A stretch of 64,000 bases of DNA. It comes from Octopus vulgaris. Taxonomy: Eukaryota. The stretch's first letter is position 1; each line of letters opens with the position of its first letter. Location of the stretch: positions 57,536,001 through 57,600,000 of the forward strand of contig OX597814.1 in assembly GCA_951406725.2 (NCBI GenBank), in the 5' to 3' direction. Under the pieces are notes generated by a model. That model was given only the letters and a program-made list of their open reading frames with translations. It had not been told where the DNA came from and did no database searches. The position numbers and the translations under genes are program-made. Of the stretch, positions 61,791 through 64,000 are shown piece after piece.

Positions 61791-64000
61791 ATGCTTTGGA
61801 CAGGCAAAAGGTTAATGATTCCTAATTTACGAAGCGGACGGAAATATGAAATTTTTGATAAGAAATCAAGATAAAGAAATCGCTTGGGAAAAATTAAAAT
61901 ATCGAAATATTGCAAAAGAAGGCAGAAAATTAACAAAACTTAAAATTAGTTACTAATCCCATTTAGTTAACTATATGACTTATGTAAAATTGCTTCTGCT
62001 ACTACGAAACATTTATAATAGCGCATGCTTCTTGAATGGCATGTCAGATGCTGGGTTCTACATGTTTAAGTACTAATATGCTAGACCAAAATGATTCTTT
62101 CCTTTGCTAAGCTTTTATACATACACTTCGACATGTCAAATTATGAGATGAAGCTATGAATATTTCCAGATTTTTACTATTACAATAAACTAAAGTAATA
62201 TTTGGTTATTTAATAATGCAGGAGCTTCTGAAATGAGATGTGTGTAATATAGATATAAAAATATTCAAATAAATAAAAAAGAGATTCAGTAGATATAAAT
62301 GTACAGCTTTCTTCCTATCGATGTTATGGTTTTGACAGTAATTTTAACAAACGTCACAAGAACAAGTGTTTTATTCAGTAATTTCAACTGGTAATTATTA
62401 TGAAACAAATAATCTGTAACTCGAACAGCTGCAGAAGCAATTTCGCAGTGTGTATACTCCCCTACATACTTTTAGATTTATAACTTGTATAGTCATACTG
62501 TTCATACGCTTATGTACAGCCGCAATAGTATGAGAATGTTTCAAAATTCCAAAGGAAAGAACAAAAATAAATAAACTCACACGAAAGAAAAATAAACAAA
62601 TATTTAATATAGATTTAGTGAACCATTGAAATACGTTCAGTTCTAGCCTTCAGATATCGAGTGATATTTACTTGAGGCGTATCAATATTGATTTCTCCCA
62701 GTGGCGTAAGGAAGCTGAAAATTTATTGGGAAGGGGATCGAGCAACTTAATCAACCCAATGTAGAATAGGCACTTATCTTCTCGACCTGAGAAGAATAAA
62801 ATACAAGATTAACCTCAGTGGAATTTGAAATTTGAAAGTAAACAAACTTGATAAAGCGCTGTAAGGAATTTCTTTTCCACTCTACAACATGTGAAGTTTG
62901 TGCCATTTCACATTTTCTCACTTTGCAATCATAAGAGAAGCCAACGAGAAGAAGCTAAAACCTTTGTGTGGGTTACTCACTTTGCCCTAAATTTCAAACA
63001 AATCTCCCTCAAATCACACCCTGATATCTGATATAATACTAAAAAGACCTGATGCTCACCGCTTGAAAAGCCTTTGAATATTGCTCTGTACGAGCAAAAC
63101 AACAGTAACAACAAAAACAGCGACAGCAACAACAGAAACAACAGTCACAAATGAAAGACCCAAAATAATCTCATCATTTGCTATCCTTTTTTTTTAACAC
63201 GAAATTGCATTGCCAGTTTTGGTTATTGTTTAGTCATGGACAACCAGCGGCCCGTGAGACTTTCTGAATCACACGCCTAACGAAAAATTACCTTGATATA
63301 CTTCACTAGTGTGATCCACCTGATGATGAACCATGTCTCATATGGCTCACTTCCCGATAAAGGTTGCTCATGCCTGGATGGTAAAAGTAGCAACTCTCAA
63401 TATTCTGCTTTGCAGTCGGAAGACATGCTGCTGAAGATATCTCTCCAAAACAGTTTTCTGAGCCACAACTGATACACTCAATAGCCAATTCATCGAAAGA
63501 TCTACATTTCATAACCTATCAATGGCATGGCTCTTACCTTTCAAAATGCTTGATTCTCAAATACCTCATTACACCTGGCATTCAACAGGCGCCTGTGCGT
63601 GGTACATATCGCCCCAGCATTCAACGCATTCACTGTGTTATTAAACAAGGTTTTATTAGATTGTAGGTTTGGTTTCAAAATTTCTCAGAAGAGTCAATTA
63701 AAAAGAATCAGCTCCGTCGCAACAAACTCTTGTACTTGGAAACTGTCTCCATGTACGTCATACATTTGAGACATAGTAGTATTTATTTTAGAAATAAATA
63801 TTTACTAAGCAAATAGCAAATAGTCACATTACATTAAGAAGAAATAAACAGAATGACTGAATATTTTTCTGTAAGAGAATAACAAAATGTATTTCTACAT
63901 CTTCAATTCTAAATATACGATAAAAGAATATTTTTTGATAACAATAATGGAAGCCTTTTCGTGTGATAATTCTTATTTAGTGACATTTATAATGGATTAT

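Noticed and set aside
63306-63640. Minus-strand Cys-containing 68-aa ORF and a nearby AAG|GTAAGA donor
   Set aside because: No recognisable domain, the candidate upstream frame has a stop, and no acceptor was identified; a host exon cannot be supported.

Overview
AT-rich eukaryotic genomic DNA saturated with microsatellites and transposons. The SINE families and TA/TACA/TCTA microsatellite load resemble octopus/cephalopod genomes (recognition, not a database result). No host protein-coding gene, tRNA, rRNA or CRISPR is supported, and most ORFs in the track are microsatellite artefacts. Real coding remnants are: a near-intact CR1-type LINE (ORF1 with two CCCH zinc fingers, plus APE-RT ORF2 split by one TAG, 47208-50991); at least five Penelope-like elements (PLEs), including a 604-aa Neptune-type RT-GIY-YIG ORF in an inverted arrangement; Helitron Rep and helicase remnants with intact 3' hairpin-CTAG ends; a hATm-like DNA transposon; a mariner and a mariner MITE; RTE and R4/Dong fragments; and many tRNA-derived SINEs. 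The most notable hidden layer is RNA: about a dozen minimal type I hammerhead ribozyme motifs read by eye. Three carry a compensatory U3-A8 core. Almost all sit in elements whose 3' end runs into a (TA)n tract. Two pairs are mirrored in long inverted repeats, and one lies in a 354-nt terminally redundant, ORF-less retrozyme-like unit.
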